In this document: in pieces, positions 1 through 14,343 of the stretch | How positions within the stretch are numbered: the stretch's first letter is position 1 | How the letters are laid out: each line of letters opens with the position of its first letter | Origin: Octopus vulgaris | Lineage: Eukaryota | DNA: 64,000 nucleotides | Direction of reading: 5' to 3' | Assembly (NCBI GenBank): GCA_951406725.2 | Contig: OX597820.1 | Span: 51,212,001-51,276,000, forward strand | Program-made: the position numbers and the translations under genes | Notes under the pieces: model-generated | Database searches by the model: none | Told to the model about the DNA's origin: nothing | What the model saw: only the letters and a program-made list of their open reading frames with translations

Positions 1-63
<63 letters not shown>

Positions 64-1090
64 GTATGTATATACACAGACTAGATAACAGCGGATATTA
101 TTCTTCTTGCATAGTGGTTCTACTAGAAACAAGCTGTCAACCTCTGTCGTATTACATGCACAGAATGCTCATTCCTACAATGCATTTGGTATTGTACAGT
201 TTGATTCGGATAACCCATTGCTGGAAAAGAAAAAGAACAACTGGTAGAAAATTTTGTGGGATATATTTCTACTTTCAAGGTTCGGCTTCTTTTTTATTGG
301 AAAATCAGAAATGAAAATAATACTAATTTTTTTAACATCAAATGAAAAATATTTTCTGCGACTGGAAATGTCATTTCTTCATGCTCATCTGTAATTTTAC
401 TAACAGAGATCATATAGAATTAAACATGTATGTTTTTTCAGGAAAATAGAGAAACCTGTACCTTCCAAGGATTTTAGATATGCCTGAAGCAGCGAACGCG
501 CATTATGATAAACTGCAATTTATTTGGTAGTGACACATCTGCCTATTTCTCCTACATATCCAAAAATGAAAAGAAGAAAAAATATATCATATATAACTGG
601 AATGGATAGACCAGCGGCTGCCTGGGGATAAACATCAATATTTCTTTCATGATAGATGAGACATAAGATTCTAAATCAGTAACATAGATTTGCATAGTTT
701 CATACAAAAATGAGCAAATATAAAAAGAACACGGAAAAAATCATCGGCCCAAATTCCTCAGATTGTTCGTGCAAATTTATTACACATCGATATAGGAAAT
801 ATATGGAATATTTCTCAGGTATTTTAATTATTAAAGATTGAAATAATCTTAAACAAATATCACTATTCTCACTTGTATTATATCGATCATGATAAAATAT
901 TTTCGTTTAGGGCCATGTTGTTTCTAAGACTACAACAACATGCTTCCTCAATGCTAAAACAATGCAAATTTAGCCAATGATTTCGAAACAAATCAATGAA
1001 ACACTGTTTAGTTGTATGTATGTGCATGTATGTCTGTATGTAGCTATGCGTGTATGTATATATGTATATGTGTATGCATATATGTATGTA

Positions 1091-1143
<53 letters not shown>

Positions 1144-1160
1144 TTGTATGCATGTACGTG

Positions 1161-1205
<45 letters not shown>

Positions 1206-1493
1206 TTATATGTTTGTGTGTGTATTAATATTTCGAGTATTTCTGACACGTGTGTACAGACGTTCTTACAATTTAAAGTAAATAATTCAGATGTTACCTA
1301 TCTGTAAATGTATTTAATTTCATCAAACAAACTACGAGACTATACGAGGGCATACAAGAACATGCATGGGACACACACGCATAAACACACGCGCAAACGC
1401 ACACCCATACACATAAACATACAAGCACACATAAACTAACAAATCTCAAATACAATCTCAAATACAAGCACACATACATACATCATATACATA

Positions 1494-1563
<70 letters not shown>

Positions 1564-1956
1564 TATGTATATACACATGCACACAAACACACACACATGC
1601 ACACACATATATATTATATACCGTTTTCTCGTAAAACTACGTGTCTAACTATATGAAATTTTTACTTTCATTATTGTGGTACGTGCTTAGTTTGTATGTG
1701 TATGAATGATGTGAACTGCTAAACTTGCAAGACACCGATCTTTTCACATCTGGAAATGAAATTTCAGAATATATGTTTTATTTAATTTTTTTTTGTTTTA
1801 TACGGTATTTATATTTTGTTAAACAAGATGTCTAAGGGAACTGATTGACAGTATAAATATAAGCAGTATAAATGCATACATACATACAAACATACATATA
1901 TACATACATACAAGTACGTGTATGTCTATACATACATACATATATGTATATGTATG

Positions 1957-2008
<52 letters not shown>

Positions 2009-2331
2009 TATATATATATATATAATACACACATATACATATGTTCCTATATATAAGCAAATATACATTTACATATCTTACGTACATGTACCGACGTCTC
2101 AATGAATTCACACAGGATATGCTACGTTCCTATACAATCCATTTTCGAATATTTTTTATCCTTTTTCTGTAAACGTAAGTGTTTCTATTCTATCTTTCAC
2201 TCTTTCTCACCTTCCTCTGTCTATCTATCTGCCTGTCTGTCTGTCTCTCTTTATCTATGTATCCATCTTCCCATCTATCATTCTATGGATCTATATTTCT
2301 ATCTCTACATATATTAAGTAATTAATACACA

Positions 2332-2363
<32 letters not shown>

Positions 2364-3014
2364 TGTATATGTATATGCACACACATTTGAAATACGTAAA
2401 TACGGAATGACGTGGAGAAAAAGTAGACGTAACGTATCCTTTGGGAAACAAGATGCCAATGAAAATGTGTCAATGATTATTCCACATGGCAAATAGACCT
2501 CCATCTATAGTCAAAAGCAAGTTCACTGGAATCCTCGCATCAAATATTCTTGAGGCAGAATTGATATATCATCTATATCAATGATATAAATATCATAAAC
2601 ATCTTTGCCGATTGGACGGTTTGTTTTTCCGCAGTCCTTTTCCTGCTATTTAAAAGCTAATCTCAGTGTTATACAACAAATGATAAAGCATATCACAAGA
2701 AAGAGCGTTGAGCTTTACACTTGTTCTTCTAATGTCTTGTGAAATTACTTTTAGATAACCTCCAAATGACGGCCACCTTCAATACATAGTTCCAAAAACG
2801 CTGACACAGTAAATAATATCAAGATCCCAATGCCTCGAATATGGCAGACATAAATACTCTGAATGGGGACATACTTGACTTTTAACAAAAACAGCCTAAT
2901 ACGATTCATGTAAATTTCATTCTCTCTCTCGAGAGAGACGTTTATATATCCCTACACATACAAACATATATTTTAGACATATATAATATATATATATACC
3001 TATTGATTATATAT

Positions 3015-3048
<34 letters not shown>

Positions 3049-3053
<5 letters not shown>

Positions 3054-3311
3054 ACAGTACTAGGAGTTATTTTTGAAAAGGCTGGACTCTAATTTTTCCC
3101 TCTAGTTAACTCTCGACACTAATCGACACTAATGAAGGGATATCCCTAATATCAGCTCCTATTTCTCTCCTTGTTGCTCTCCTTGTATCTTTCTGTCGAA
3201 GAGCGTAGGCTCGAAACGTAAAAGACTTTTTCTATTACTGAGCGCTATACTAATACATTTGTTTGTTTGTACTCCACCTAGCTTCGTCTTTTGTTTATTT
3301 TCGTAAACTTG

Positions 3312-3373
<62 letters not shown>

Positions 3374-3880
3374 ATATATATTTATATATACGCGCACATT
3401 TTGAACACACACACGCGCACACATATATATTCTTATAATGTTCATGTATATATATGAGAAGTATTGCTATTCAGAAAACCAATGATGACATGTAAGGCTG
3501 TATATGTGCTACGGGAGGTCCGTAGTTAGACTCTCGCTTCTGTAATAATACGAGTGAGGAGTATAATGCGGGCCTCGTGTGAGCAAGTATATGTTAAATA
3601 AAATGAGACAATATACCGAGGGTGTGTGAAATTTGTAAGATATTTATAAAGAGAAAGTCTTACAGCTGTTTATGGGATATCTGGGATATCCATTTATTAG
3701 TGTCGATATAAGAGAGTTAACTAGAGGGAAAAAGTAGAGTCCAGCCTTTTCAAAAATAACTCCTACTACTGAACTTTAATATTTCCTTCAAGTTTACTCT
3801 CTCATGTTGTCTCTGATAAAGGGATATCCCTAATATCACAGAAACATTTCTAAGACTACCATTCTCTTTATAAATGTCCT
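3049..3880. mobile_element. Decayed non-autonomous PLE-like fragments with internal inversions and degenerate hammerhead motifs
   Basis: 3049-3150 is the reverse complement of ~3690-3778. 3643-3700 (-) and 3813-3874 (+) are inverted copies of a decayed CTGATAA-GGGATATCCC..-GAAA-CAGCTG-TA-AGAC hammerhead-like unit. The left end abuts (TA)n. Confidence 0.5.
3160..3314 (+). mobile_element. Short HHR-bearing element (family A), retrozyme/PLE pLTR-like
   Basis: TCTTT-CTGTCGA-A-GAGC gtag GCTC-GAAA-CG-TA-AAAGA at 3188-3225, with stems I and II pairing and one core change. Similar to 57165-57343. Ends in (TA)n. Confidence 0.55.
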
Positions 3881-3969
3881 CTAAATTCCACATATTCTTG
3901 GCTTTGTAGTCTCATTTTATTTAACAAACACACAGACACACACAGACACAGACACAGACACAGACACAG

Positions 3970-4024
<55 letters not shown>

Positions 4025-4136
4025 GATAGATAGATAGATAGATAGATTAGCAGATAGATAGATAGATAGACAGATACATGCATATACATATGCAATTGTA
4101 TATATATATATCTACCTGTGTATATATGTATATAAA

Positions 4137-4337
4137 GTTAATCCAAACAAGAAAGCACAAAAAAACACAACAACGCGAGGACGTGGAACAAATATAGTAT
4201 TATTGGATGCTCAGGAAAAGAAGGAAAGAAGGAGGGTTTAACGTTTCGAGTGGAGTTCTTAGTCGGAAACATAGGAGAAGGAAAGATCCAGAGAAGGGAA
4301 GACAGAGGAAAAAAATCGCCAACGGTACACATGAGGT

Positions 4338-4340
<3 letters not shown>
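4137..4340 (-). mobile_element. Short HHR-bearing element (family B)
   Basis: Minus strand reads TTTCCGACTAAGAACTCCACTCGAAACGTTAAA, a decayed minimal HHR. Similar to 49424-49700, 53480-53652 and 62160-62350. Confidence 0.55.
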
Positions 4341-4396
<56 letters not shown>

Positions 4397-4399
4397 ATA

Positions 4400-4433
<34 letters not shown>

Positions 4434-4633
4434 CTACAAAATTAGAGAATGGAGAAACATACTTAAATCAATAAAACATCAACTATCCGATGATACTCAA
4501 TCCATACTTTAATACACCATTACATAGGAGTAAAGGCAATATATAAAATGAAATGAGATATACAGTAATAGTAAAAGTAAAAAGATAAAGAGATATAAGT
4601 AAAAAATTACAAATACAATATGCAAATAAATCA

Positions 4634-4748
4634 AAACTGACAGCTGTTTCGGCAGTGAGGACAGTCATACCTCATTTAACCTATAAGCCATAAAGGCAGG
4701 TATAAATGAGGCATTAACAAAGATGCCCCACGGCCTCTTCAGAGAATT
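4634..4748 (-). ncRNA. Type I hammerhead ribozyme with extended stem II (pLTR copy)
   Basis: Reverse complement of the motif at 13716-13830. Confidence 0.72.
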
Positions 4749-5084
4749 AAATTAAATTTGTTATAATAGTGAAAAATATTATATAATCATATACATATAA
4801 ATATAAAAATATAAAAAAGTAAAATATAAAAACTTATACATCATAATGCTACACTTGTATAATATAATACACATTTGTACAAAAAGGAAGGTAACCAGAA
4901 CAAAATAAAACAAAATATATAACAGTGTATATATAATATTAATAAGTACCGATATCATACATATTTAGCTAATAGTTTTTTATAAAAAAAAGGGCTAACA
5001 CATATGGAGATGAAAAATAATAATAATTAAATCCGTGGTACAGTTCATAAAATTCTAAAGCTATAAAAGTTAATAAAAATTACT

Positions 5085-5118
<34 letters not shown>

Positions 5119-6858
5119 GTAATAATAATAGAAAATAATAAAAATAGATACAGTTAAGTTATCACCAAGTCCATCCTTCCAAGATCGAAATAACTATGAG
5201 TTAAGAAATGCTGACCACTAGGTAAAGAAAATTTAGATTAATTCGATTGGCTATTGGTTTGAAATTTAAATCACAAAAGAAAATTATACGGTTGGTTAGT
5301 CAGGGAACGCCAATATTCACACACGCATCTACAGATCAATCGCACATACACACATAGTTATATGTATATACATACACTTGTACATATACATAATCATAAG
5401 CAACAACTAACACTTAGATAAACAAATAGGGAAGCAACCATGCTAACACTAAGTCCTTCAAAATTATAACTGAGCCTCAATAACAAAAAAAGAACCATCC
5501 ATGCATTCTATAAAATATTTAATTAAGATATAGATGTATTTTTAAATATCAGTATGTTACTAATTCAGATAATTATTTCATGGGTAACTTAAAATTTATA
5601 ACACCGGTTTGTTGCAGAGTAAACATACGGTTGTTAGGTTTATCGTAAGTTTGTTATGATTTAAAGTACGCTAAATTATAAAATATAAAATATAAAATAT
5701 ATTAATTTAGATATTATAAATAAGTCACTTATTAACTTAATAAATATAGTGCCAAAATATACCAGTTTAGGCAATAAAAAATAGAGGGGGAAGTATTAAT
5801 GTAAACGCTTATGAGAACATCACAGAAATTTTAAAATTTTAAATAAATTTTATATTATAAAGACTTAAGATGAAAAGAGATAAAATAAATAAAAAGGAAT
5901 AAATACGAAGGAATAAATACGGTTATACACATAATTATAAGTACAAACTAGTATATATGTATTCATATATTATTAAAATTAAATAAAAATAAATGATAGA
6001 TATGTATGTATAAAACCACACCAGTATAAGTAAATAAGTAAAGAATAAATAGGTAACAAATTAAATGACTTGATATGTATGTAAACATCCACACTTAAAT
6101 AGGCAAATAAATAAATAAATAGAAGACTAGATGCAAATATTGATAATATTACAATAAAATGGGAAATAAATAAAAATAAATAAAGTGAATATATATATTT
6201 TATATTGTTGAAAGTAAATATGTATGGAAGGATAGTTTAAAGTACAGATCCAGAGGACTATAGATATAAACTAAATATATGAGGCTGGTAACAATTATAA
6301 AGCAAAATGCATGTAAATGAGAAAATGAAAAAAATGAAAAAGGTTTATCAGTGAATAGCATAAGATACAAATTAAGGTGAGTACAAAAAGACCAAATATA
6401 TAATAAAAACCTTCCAAATCAGCACATACAAAAAACCCATAATCTCAACCTGAACCCACCAAACTCACAAAAGGCTCTCATATATTACATATTATACAAT
6501 ATCATTACATTATCCAGAGCTAGGTATCTAACCAAGATATACATATATACCTTGCAATATACTATGCAATATTGGAAAACTTCAAAAATCACACATTACA
6601 AGGCAAATACCAAAATGAATATGTTATTTTATGTCATATTGCATTTCTCTTAAAAAAAAAAACAAACAAAAACCCACATACAAAAACCAAGAAACCAATA
6701 ATACTAGACACATCCAATTAGTTATTATACAAATGTAGCTATAAAAATTATAAAATTATGAAATTTATAAATTGTATACTTTAGAATTATAGAAGACCAC
6801 AGGTATATTTAGTTAAAGAAGGGAATTAAAAAATTGATAATAGTGGAAGTGCTAAGTT

Positions 6859-9697
6859 CTATTTGAATCTAGAAAAGGTGAACGGTAGCCTATGAATACA
6901 AAAGAAGTTTTTCTCATTAATGTTGTTAATAATTTGCCGACCCGCTTTAATAATGAAGAAAATTTCATTAATACATAGAGAGCATTTTTATTTTTTCCAT
7001 TATACACAGGTGCTGAAGTTAGTATTTTCCAGTTTAATCTAAAATCTAAGTTCTTACTTTTAAGTTCCCAAATATATGCACTTAGCCCTGTAGAGTACAT
7101 TCTATTTTTATTCCTAAAAGTATATCTATGATAATTCCATCTTTGTTTTATGCTATTCATAGTTGCCCCGATATACACTCTACTACTCAATTGTGTATCT
7201 ACAGTGCATTGGTAAACTACCTCCTTCCTGAGGCATTGATTACCAAATACACATTTATTTTTATTTCTGCAATTACAAAGATTAACAGAATGAGGAAATC
7301 TAAGATTGGACACCACCCCTATACTACTATTCACATTATAAGTGTTACAATTGTTATCATCATCCAAACCCAAAATCAACGAATGAGTTAATTCCACATT
7401 ATCGGCTATATTCCTATCACTAGTACTAGTATTGGTAGTAGTGGTATGATCTATTACATTTATATTATCTCTGACAGGTATGGTGCACTCATTATTAGTA
7501 AGGAGGTTGCTCCCATTTGTTCCAAGAAAATTTCTATTCCTATTATTAATGAAGAGGGTAAGTTTTCCTGGTCTAAATTCAATTTTCTATCCTTATAGAA
7601 GTGATCCAGTTTCTTGTTATTAAAAGAGGAGATGATGGTGGCTAGATTATGAGTAATGCTATATCCCACTCTAACAGTACCGTTGTTAATTAAAGGACTA
7701 AATTTATTCCTATCCTTACCAAAATGCCTAAAAATAATATTATGCAAAGCTCTCACTATGTTTGTTTTAATCTGCATTGCATACGGGATAATCAACCAAA
7801 GAGTATCCTTATCAGAATTAGGATTGCCTATAGAATTAATGTTATTTGTAAAAATCCTATTCGTAGACCAACTCATAGGATTACTATTCTTACCACTGTC
7901 ATTGTTATATCTATCTATATCAATATTACCATGGTTATTGCGCAAGTAAACTTTACCATTATCATGTCCACCATAAGTTTTAATTCGTATATTATTATTA
8001 ATATTACTACTACTACTCGTATGTTTAGATCTATTTGAGCTACCGTTCACCTTTCCAAGGTTAACGTCACTTCTACATTTATTATAGGTGTTATCATATA
8101 TTCTGTTTTTACTATTCTTATGTATATTGTTGATTATCCTAAATCTATTTGTGTTGTTCTTGATAGTTCTACCTCCATTAGGGGGTTCCCCTTAGGTATA
8201 AACCAAATCTTACTTTTATATCCTGCCTTAAGTAATGCTGCATTGTATCTATCACAGTGTTTGTTAAAAATTTCCTCGTTTGAGGATAAACTAGAAATTC
8301 TTTGACTAATGCTACGCACTAGTGCATTTTTAATTTGAGGGGGTGATTACTAGAACGGTTAATGTATATTAGGTTAGAATTAGGTTTAATATAGGGTTCA
8401 TGTAAACCATTAGTAATGTTACAATTAACATCTAAATAATTAGCAGAATAATTTTCACTTTCAATGATAATGGATAGGCCGAAGCTTTTAAAAAATTTGT
8501 TTATTCTTTTTTTCAGAAGATCTAATCTCCTATTTGATGTATTCCTAACACAAAATAAGGCGTCATCCCTGTATAATCCGCCTTTTAATTCAGGGAATTC
8601 CCTACTAAAGTTATCTAATAGATACATCCCAACTAGATCAGTCACCTCCGCTGAGTCCGGCGATCCCATTGTGATATCGAACAAGTTGGGTGTGTCCTTT
8701 CTAGCCCAAAGTTTATTATCAAACTCTATTAAAGTTTTCCTGGCTGTTAGTATAACCTTAATCTCCCCCATACTTAATTTAGTGTGTTTTCTAGCAAAAT
8801 TAAGGACTTATTTAATATAATAGGGTTAATTGAAGTGTAATAATTCTGTATATCGAATTGTATAAATTTATTTCTATTATAGCTAAAGTTGTTACTGTCA
8901 CAGACCTTAATGGCAGAAAACCAATCCAAAGCACCCTGAGTATTCTTCCAAAGGTTTAGTTTGATTTTATTGCGGATGGTGGGTAGATATTTATCTAGAA
9001 TGAGTTTACTTAGTCTGCCTAAGTCAGATTTAGTGGGGCAAATTAATCTGACCTGTGTGTTTCCAAGAAAATTCTCTTTATGATCCTTTAGTGTAATTCT
9101 CGGTCTGGATGGGGTGTAGGGTTCCGTTTTTTCTTCTAGGTAGTAGTCAAATATGATTTCTCTGATCTCCAGGTTCAGCTTTCTAAGTGTACTAGAAGGT
9201 ACTACTTTGTATTTCTTGGTTATTTCCTTGTGTAGAAGATCATGATATGCAGTAATGTCAATGTTGTAGATGTTGTTAGTTTTGTCAGAATGTGTTAGAA
9301 TGCCGCTCTTACCTTTGAGAGTTCTAATTAAGTCTTTCAATTCTCTTTGGTGCGGGTTATATCTTAAAGGATGATTTCTAAATTTTATGTTTTTTACAGT
9401 CTCCCATAGTTCTTGTTCAAAATTGTCTAGATGTATATTTGGTGGAGGAGACTTTCTAGATTTAAATGTAGTGCTTGTTAGTTTTAATATTTCTTCATAG
9501 GTGCTTCCAATTCCATTACGGATCGTTTCTCCAGTGTGTTGTTGGTTTATTTTATTATTATAGTTCTCATGGTGGAAAATCCTCCATCTGATCCTATGGA
9601 TGAATTCATTCATTCTATAAATTAGTTCTTTAGTGTAATGGTCTTTGGTAGGGATAGGTACATCCTTCATTGATGAATTGATCAGTATTTTCTCCAT
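6859..9697 (-). pseudogene. PLE RT-GIY-YIG polyprotein, broken by about five 1-nt frameshifts in homopolymer runs
   Basis: FDIQNYYTSI, MGSPDSAEVTDLVG, GLYRDD, CNCR and VVYQ..VYIGAT are present. Frame breaks lie at ~8797, ~8340, ~8185, ~7557 and ~6987. Confidence 0.88.
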
Positions 9698-10210
9698 TCT
9701 TCTAGCAGTAATGATCAAAGGAACAAATATACTACACTAGGGTGTATTCACATGCACTATTAATATTTAGATCAATAAATGGATGCTTATATTACACCAG
9801 TATGAGCAATTCAGGTTCCTCAAAAGATAAATTTAGGTTATAAAATGAGATAGGGGTTGAAAATTCAACCCACCATGGGATAATATATATCCAATATACT
9901 GCTAGATAGGTACCCAACAAAATTAATACATAGATGTTAGAAATTGTCAAGCAATCAGTTCATCTATTGTATTAAATGGGTAAAGGTAATAATATTACCG
10001 TAAATTAATACTACAAAATTAGAGAATGGAGAAACATACTTAAATCAATAAAACATCAACTATCCGATGATACTCAATCCATACTTTAATACACCATTAC
10101 ATAGGAGTAAAGGCAATATATAAAATGAAATGAGATATACAGTAATAGTAAAAGTAAAAAGATAAAGAGATATAAGTAAAAAATTACAAATACAATATGC
10201 AAATAAATCA

Positions 10211-10325
10211 AAACTGACAGCTGTTTCGGCAGTGAGGACAGTCATACCTCATTTAACCTATAAGCCATAAAGGCAGGTATAAATGAGGCATTAACAAAGA
10301 TGCCCCACGGCCTCTTCAGAGAATT
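10211..10325 (-). ncRNA. Type I hammerhead ribozyme with extended stem II (pLTR copy)
   Basis: Reverse complement of the motif at 13716-13830. Confidence 0.72.
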
Positions 10326-10662
10326 AAATTAAATTTGTTATAATAGTGAAAAATATTATATAATCATATACATATAAATATAAAAATATAAAAAAGTAAA
10401 ATATAAAAACTTATACATCATAATGCTACACTTGTATAATATAATACACATTTGTACAAAAAGGAAGGTAACCAGAACAAAATAAAACAAAATATATAAC
10501 AGTGTATATATAATATTAATAAGTACCGATATCATACATATTTAGCTAATAGTTTTTTATAAAAAAAAAGGGCTAACACATATGGAGATGAAAAATAATA
10601 ATAATTAAATCCGTGGTACAGTTCATAAAATTCTAAAGCTATAAAAGTTAATAAAAATTACT

Positions 10663-10696
<34 letters not shown>

Positions 10697-11776
10697 GTAA
10701 TAATAATAGAAAATAATAAAAATAGATACAGTTAAGTTATCACCAAGTCCATCCTTCCAAGATCGAAATAACTATGAGTTAAGAAATGCTGACCACTAGG
10801 TAAAGAAAATTTAGATTAATTCGATTGGCTATTGGTTTGAAATTTAAATCACAAAAGAAAATTATACGGTTGGTTAGTCAGGGAACGCCAATATTCACAC
10901 ACGCATCTACAGATCAATCGCACATACACACATAGTTATATGTATATACATACACTTGTACATATACATAATCATAAGCAACAACTAACACTTAGATAAA
11001 CAAATAGGGAAGCAACCATGCTAACACTAAGTCCTTCAAAATTATAACTGAGCAACAATAACAAAAAAAGAACCATCCATGCATTCTATAAAATATTTAA
11101 TTAAGATATAGATGTATTTTTAAATATCAGTATGTTACTAATTCAGATAATTATTTCATGGGTAACTTAAAATTTATAACACCGGTTTGTTGCAGAGTAA
11201 ACATACGGTTGTTAGGTTTATCGTAAGTTTGTTATGATTTAAAGTACGCTAAATTATAAAATATAAAATATAAAATATATTAATTTAGATATTATAAATA
11301 AGTCACTTATTAACTTAATAAATATAGTGCCAAAATATACCAGTTTAGGCAATAAAAAATAGAGGGGGAAGTATTAATGTAAACGCTTATGAGAACATCA
11401 CAGAAATTTTAAAATTTTAAATAAATTTTATATTATAAAGACTTAAGATGAAAAGAGATAAAATAAATAAAAAGGAATAAATACGAAGGAATAAATACGG
11501 TTATACACATAATTATAAGTACAAACTAGTATATATGTATTCATATATTATTAAAATTAAATAAAAATAAATGATAGATATGTATGTATAAAACCACACC
11601 AGTATAAGTAAATAAGTAAAGAATAAATAGGTAACAAATTAAATGACTTGATATGTATGTAAACATCCACACTTAAATAGGCAAATAAATAAATAAATAG
11701 AAGACTAGATGCAAATATTGATAATATTACAATAAAATGGGAAATAAATAAAAATAAATAAAGTGAATATATATAT

Positions 11777-13345
11777 TTTTGTATGTGGGTTTTTGTTTGT
11801 TTTTTTTTTTTTAAGAGAAATGCAATATGACATAAAATAACATATTCATTTTGGTATTTGCCTTGTAATGTGTGATTTTTGAAGTTTTCCAATATTGCAT
11901 AGTATATTGCAAGGTATATATGTATATCTTGGTTAGATACCTAGCTCTGGATAATGTAATGATATTGTATAATATGTAATATATGAGAGCCTTTTGAGAG
12001 TTTGGTGGGTTCAGGTTGAGATTATGGGTTTTTTGTATGTGCTGATTTGGAAGGTTTTTATTATATATTTGGTCTTTTTGTACTCACCTTAATTTGTATC
12101 TTATGCTATTCACTGATAAACCTTTTTCATTTTTTTCATTTTCTCATTTACATGCATTTTGCTTTATAATTGTTACCAGCCTCATATATTTAGTTTATAT
12201 CTATAGTCCTCTGGATCTGTACTTTAAACTATCCTTCCATACATATTTACTTTCAACAATATAAAATATATATATTCACTTTATTTATTTTTATTTATTT
12301 CCCATTTTATTGTAATATTATCAATATTTGCATCTAGTCTTCTATTTATTTATTTATTTGCCTATTTAAGTGTGGATGTTTACATACATATCAAGTCATT
12401 TAATTTGTTACCTATTTATTCTTTACTTATTTACTTATACTGGTGTGGTTTTATACATACATATCTATCATTTATTTTTATTTAATTTTAATAATATATG
12501 AATACATATATACTAGTTTGTACTTATAATTATGTGTATAACCGTATTTATTCCTTCGTATTTATTCCTTTTTATTTATTTTATCTCTTTTCATCTTAAG
12601 TCTTTATAATATAAAATTTATTTAAAATTTTAAAATTTCTGTGATGTTCTCATAAGCGTTTACATTAATACTTCCCCCTCTATTTTTTATTGCCTAAACT
12701 GGTATATTTTGGCACTATATTTATTAAGTTAATAAGTGACTTATTTATAATATCTAAATTAATATATTTTATATTTTATATTTTATAATTTAGCGTACTT
12801 TAAATCATAACAAACTTACGATAAACCTAACAACCGTATGTTTACTCTGCAACAAACCGGTGTTATAAATTTTAAGTTACCCATGAAATAATTATCTGAA
12901 TTAGTAACATACTGATATTTAAAAATACATCTATATCTTAATTAAATATTTTATAGAATGCATGGATGGTTCTTTTTTTGTTATTGAGGCTCAGTTATAA
13001 TTTTGAAGGACTTAGTGTTAGCATGGTTGCTTCCCTATTTGTTTATCTAAGTGTTAGTTGTTGCTTATGATTATGTATATGTACAAGTGTATGTATATAC
13101 ATATAACTATGTGTGTATGTGCGATTGATCTGTAGATGCGTGTGTGAATATTGGCGTTCCCTGACTAACCAACCGTATAATTTTCTTTTGTGATTTAAAT
13201 TTCAAACCAATAGCCAATCGAATTAATCTAAATTTTCTTTACCTAGTGGTCAGCATTTCTTAACTCATAGTTATTTCGATCTTGGAAGGATGGACTTGGT
13301 GATAACTTAACTGTATCTATTTTTATTATTTTCTATTATTATTAC

Positions 13346-13379
<34 letters not shown>

Positions 13380-14190
13380 AGTAATTTTTATTAACTTTTA
13401 TAGCTTTAGAATTTTATGAACTGTACCACGGATTTAATTATTATTATTTTTCATCTCCATATGTGTTAGCCCTTTTTTTTATAAAAAACTATTAGCTAAA
13501 TATGTATGATATCGGTACTTATTAATATTATATATACACTGTTATATATTTTGTTTTATTTTGTTCTGGTTACCTTCCTTTTTGTACAAATGTGTATTAT
13601 ATTATACAAGTGTAGCATTATGATGTATAAGTTTTTATATTTTACTTTTTTATATTTTTATATTTATATGTATATGATTATATAATATTTTTCACTATTA
13701 TAACAAATTTAATTTAATTCTCTGAAGAGGCCGTGGGGCATCTTTGTTAATGCCTCATTTATACCTGCCTTTATGGCTTATAGGTTAAATGAGGTATGAC
13801 TGTCCTCACTGCCGAAACAGCTGTCAGTTTTGATTTATTTGCATATTGTATTTGTAATTTTTTACTTATATCTCTTTATCTTTTTACTTTTACTATTACT
13901 GTATATCTCATTTCATTTTATATATTGCCTTTACTCCTATGTAATGGTGTATTAAAGTATGGATTGAGTATCATCGGATAGTTGATGTTTTATTGATTTA
14001 AGTATGTTTCTCCATTCTCTAATTTTGTAGTATTAATTTACGGTAATATTATTACCTTTACCCATTTAATACAATAGATGAACTGATTGCTTGACAATTT
14101 CTAACATCTATGTATTAATTTTGTTGGGTACCTATCTAGCAGTATATTGGATATATATTATCCCATGGTGGGTTGAATTTTCAACCCCTA
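11777..14190 (+). repeat. 5' pseudo-LTR (~2.4 kb)
   Basis: Near-identical direct repeat of 17359-19832, starting TTTTGTATGTGGGTTTTTG and ending TTCAACCCCTAT. Confidence 0.9.
13716..13830 (+). ncRNA. Type I hammerhead ribozyme with extended stem II (pLTR copy)
   Basis: CTGAAGA at 13722-13728. Stem II is closed by GGC/GCC and encloses GTGGGGCA/TGTCCTCAC and TGCCTCATTTA/TAAATGAGGTA helices. GAAA at 13814-13817, palindromic stem III ACAGCTGT, GTC cleavage triplet at 13823-13825. Stem I is weak. Confidence 0.75.
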
Positions 14191-14343
14191 TCTCATTTTA
14201 TAACCTAAATTTATCTTTTGAGGAACCTGAATTGCTCATACTGGTGTAATATAAGCATCCATTTATTGATTTAAATATTAATAGTGCATGTGAATACACC
14301 CTAGTGTAGTATATTTGTTCCTTTGATCATTACTGCTAGAAGA

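Larger units (their letters stand above)
4432..11779 (-). mobile_element. PLE copy 1 (minus strand): pLTR-ORF-pLTR
   Basis: The ORF pieces 8774-9718, 8319-8771, 8134-8319, 7460-8050 and 6852-7397 match the plus copy. 4432-6201 is a direct repeat of 10009-11779. Confidence 0.92.

Noticed and set aside
887-2504. Numerous YI/IY/CV-repeat ORFs, here and throughout the window
   Set aside because: They are translations of (TA)n, (CA)n and (TAA)n microsatellites and are not coding.
13796-13981. 61-aa hydrophobic ORF MTVLTAETAV... present four times
   Set aside because: It overlaps the hammerhead and the T-rich UTR. The repetition is explained by the pLTR duplications and there is no evidence of coding.
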